This document shows positions 5,933-7,411 of a stretch of DNA of 7,411 bases, piece by piece. Position 1 is the first letter of the stretch; every line of letters begins with the position of its first letter. Origin of the DNA: an uncultured Gammaproteobacteria bacterium. Lineage in GTDB: Bacteria; Patescibacteriota; Patescibacteriia; UBA2591; UBA6264. The DNA lies in the NCBI GenBank assembly GCA_964617525.1, contig CAZTWG010000024.1:1-7411 (forward strand). Direction: 5' to 3'. Under the pieces are notes generated by a model. It was not told the DNA's origin. It did no database searches and was given only the letters and a program-made list of their open reading frames with translations. The position numbers and the translations under genes were made by a program.

Positions 5933-7309
5933 ATGTTGAAAAACAAAAAAATGCAAATTTTTATTATCTCTCTGATTGTTATTTCTTTGGTTAGCTCAGG
6001 GTTTGGATGTAAATGCGTGTCTAAAAAGATGAAAGAAAGAATTAAGCCTATTAATTTAGTTTATTGGAGAGCTCAAGACGGAAAAGATGCTTTCTCAGAT
6101 ATAATACAAAGTTTTCAGAAACTTTATCCACACATTTCTATTACTTATAATTTAATCCGACCAGAGGAATATGAACAAGCGCTTTTGGAAGCTTGGGCTG
6201 AAGATAGGGGTCCGGATATTTTTTCTATTCCTAAGAATTGGTTAGGAAAATATCAAACTAAAATTTTACCATTAAAACCTTCTCAGGAAATAATAATGAC
6301 TCGTCAGATTATGGCAGGGACGATTAAAAAAGAGCCTAAAATTATAGAAGAAAAGAAAAAAGCATTAAATTTAAGAGATTTAAAAGAAATTTTCGTGGAA
6401 ACGGTTTCTAACGATGTTTTGATTGATGGCAAAATCTACGGTTTGCCATTATCTTTAGATGTTTTGGCTCTTTACTATAATCGTGATATTTTAAATGAGG
6501 CAGGTATTGTTAGTCCACCACAAACTTGGCAAGAATTTATAAATCAAGTAAGGATATTAAATCTTTGGGACGCTTACGGAAATTTCATTCGTTCTGGCGT
6601 TTCTTTGGGAACGGCTAATAACATTGAGAACTATACAGATATTTTATCTTTATTAATGTTGCAAAATGGCACTTCTATAGTTAACGAAAACGGACAAGCA
6701 GTTTTTGACCAGCCTCTTTTGAATGATAATACTTATTTCCCGGGACAAGAAGCTCTTCGTTTTTATCTTAGTTTTGCCAGCCCATCTCAAGAAACTTATA
6801 GTTGGAATGAGCAAATGCCTGATTCAGTAAGCGCTTTTACTCAGGGATTAACTGCTTTTTTATTTGGTTATTCTGATTATCTGTCTCTAATAAAAGAGCA
6901 AGCTCCTAAGTTGAATTTTGATGTTACGAAAGTTCCTCAAATTAGTAGCTCGTTAAAAGAAGTAAATTATGCTAATTATTGGATAGAAACAGTTTCCAAG
7001 AAAACAAAGCATCCATATGAAGCGTGGGCATTTGTCTTACATGCCACTGAGGCGCAAAATGCTAAGACTTTTATAGAAAAAGCGAAAAGACCGACTGCTC
7101 ATCGCAGTTTAATTCAATCTCAACTAGAAGATTTTGATTTAATGCCATTTGCTTCTAGCGTTTTAACTGCTAAAACTTGGTATCAAGGAAAAAAATATTC
7201 TTTGGTGAAAGAGGCATTTCAGGAAATGATAGAAAATGTTTTATCTGGGCAGAAGACAATTCAACAAGCGATTAAATATTGTGTTAAAAGAGTCAATTTA
7301 ACAAATTAA
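5933..7309 (+). CDS. ABC transporter substrate-binding protein, family 1 (carbohydrate-type), secreted or possible lipoprotein
   Basis: Start ATG 5933 gives a classical signal peptide: n-region MLKNKK, h-region MQIFIISLIVISLVSS, then GFGC (Cys at nt 6008-6010; non-canonical lipobox). SBP_bac_1-like blocks: INLVYWRA, PDIFSIP..W, DGKIYGLPLSLDVLALYYNRDIL.EAGI..PPQTWQEF, and C-terminal TIQQAIKY. The ORF-track start at 5909 is a TTG lying inside the promoter spacer. TAA 7307-7309. Confidence 0.85.
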   Translation: MLKNKKMQIFIISLIVISLVSSGFGCKCVSKKMKERIKPINLVYWRAQDGKDAFSDIIQSFQKLYPHISITYNLIRPEEYEQALLEAWAEDRGPDIFSIPKNWLGKYQTKILPLKPSQEIIMTRQIMAGTIKKEPKIIEEKKKALNLRDLKEIFVETVSNDVLIDGKIYGLPLSLDVLALYYNRDILNEAGIVSPPQTWQEFINQVRILNLWDAYGNFIRSGVSLGTANNIENYTDILSLLMLQNGTSIVNENGQAVFDQPLLNDNTYFPGQEALRFYLSFASPSQETYSWNEQMPDSVSAFTQGLTAFLFGYSDYLSLIKEQAPKLNFDVTKVPQISSSLKEVNYANYWIETVSKKTKHPYEAWAFVLHATEAQNAKTFIEKAKRPTAHRSLIQSQLEDFDLMPFASSVLTAKTWYQGKKYSLVKEAFQEMIENVLSGQKTIQQAIKYCVKRVNLTN

Positions 7310-7325
7310 GCATCATTAGAACATT

Positions 7326-7411
7326 ATGTTGGATAATAAAAAGAAAGTTATTTTTATTATATTAGTATTTGGGCTATTATTTTTTAAATTGAACGCTAAT
7401 TTAGCAAGAGC
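7326..7411 (+). CDS. 5' fragment of a secreted or membrane protein (28 codons, runs off the window)
   Basis: ATG 7326, 16 nt after the SBP stop. Translation is MLDNKKKVIFIILVFGLLFFKLNANLAR..., a basic n-region plus a hydrophobic helix. Its first 12 residues are 9/12 identical to the SBP signal peptide (MLKNKKMQIFII). It is too short for a family call. Confidence 0.45.
   Translation, partial: MLDNKKKVIFIILVFGLLFFKLNANLAR

Noticed and set aside
5873-5956. 28-codon N-terminal extension of the PBP ORF (MHFFVFQHISIIPPFQNLPIANCNLGLI) from the ORF-track start
   Set aside because: It starts at a TTG and would overlap the start codon and promoter of the divergent SBP gene. The peptide is non-descript, and the first ATG is at 5872.
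1-7411. Alternative genetic code (UGA or UAG reassignment), as seen in some candidate phyla
   Set aside because: All conserved proteins are full-length and uninterrupted under the standard bacterial code, and every gene ends in TAA. There is no in-frame TGA or TAG needing reassignment.
1-7411. CRISPR arrays, tRNA/rRNA genes, IS elements or transposases, integrases, toxin-antitoxin or known defence modules
   Set aside because: I saw no regularly spaced repeats, cloverleaf-like segments, terminal inverted repeats or recombinase/nuclease-like ORFs on either strand. The coding space is fully accounted for by the envelope genes.

Overview
Visibly AT-rich, tightly packed bacterial window. It reads as a cell-envelope biogenesis locus, not a mobile or defence island. 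Plus strand, nt 1-2854, is a co-directional block of four genes. They are a GtrA-family membrane protein (frame open to the window edge, start unresolved), a short ~150-aa RmlC-type epimerase, RmlB dTDP-glucose 4,6-dehydratase, and a membrane-anchored C39-like papain-fold cysteine peptidase of unknown role that starts 3 nt after rfbB. A perfect 10-bp hairpin (2892-2915) ends this block and overlaps the stop codon of a convergent minus-strand class A penicillin-binding protein (GT51 + transpeptidase, 2915-5872). That PBP has a ~54-aa polybasic cytoplasmic tail with an internal repeat and a ~310-aa C-terminal extension ending in two Ig-like domains. A ~60-bp divergent control region follows, containing a near-consensus extended -10 promoter whose predicted +1 falls on the ATG. 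It leads into a family-1 ABC-type solute-binding protein (5933-7309), then the first 28 codons of another protein with a near-identical signal-peptide start. All six stop codons are TAA, and most starts lack a Shine-Dalgarno motif. Style and gene content are compatible with a small AT-rich genome such as Patescibacteria/CPR, but that is inference only. I saw no rRNA, tRNA, CRISPR, transposase, toxin-antitoxin or recognisable defence genes. I do not see convincing evidence of a wholly new multi-gene system. The most novel-looking items are the peptidase coupled to the rhamnose operon, the accessory domains on the PBP, a likely leaderless promoter geometry, a G8 tract inside the PBP gene, and a repeat-bracketed GC-rich intergenic insert.
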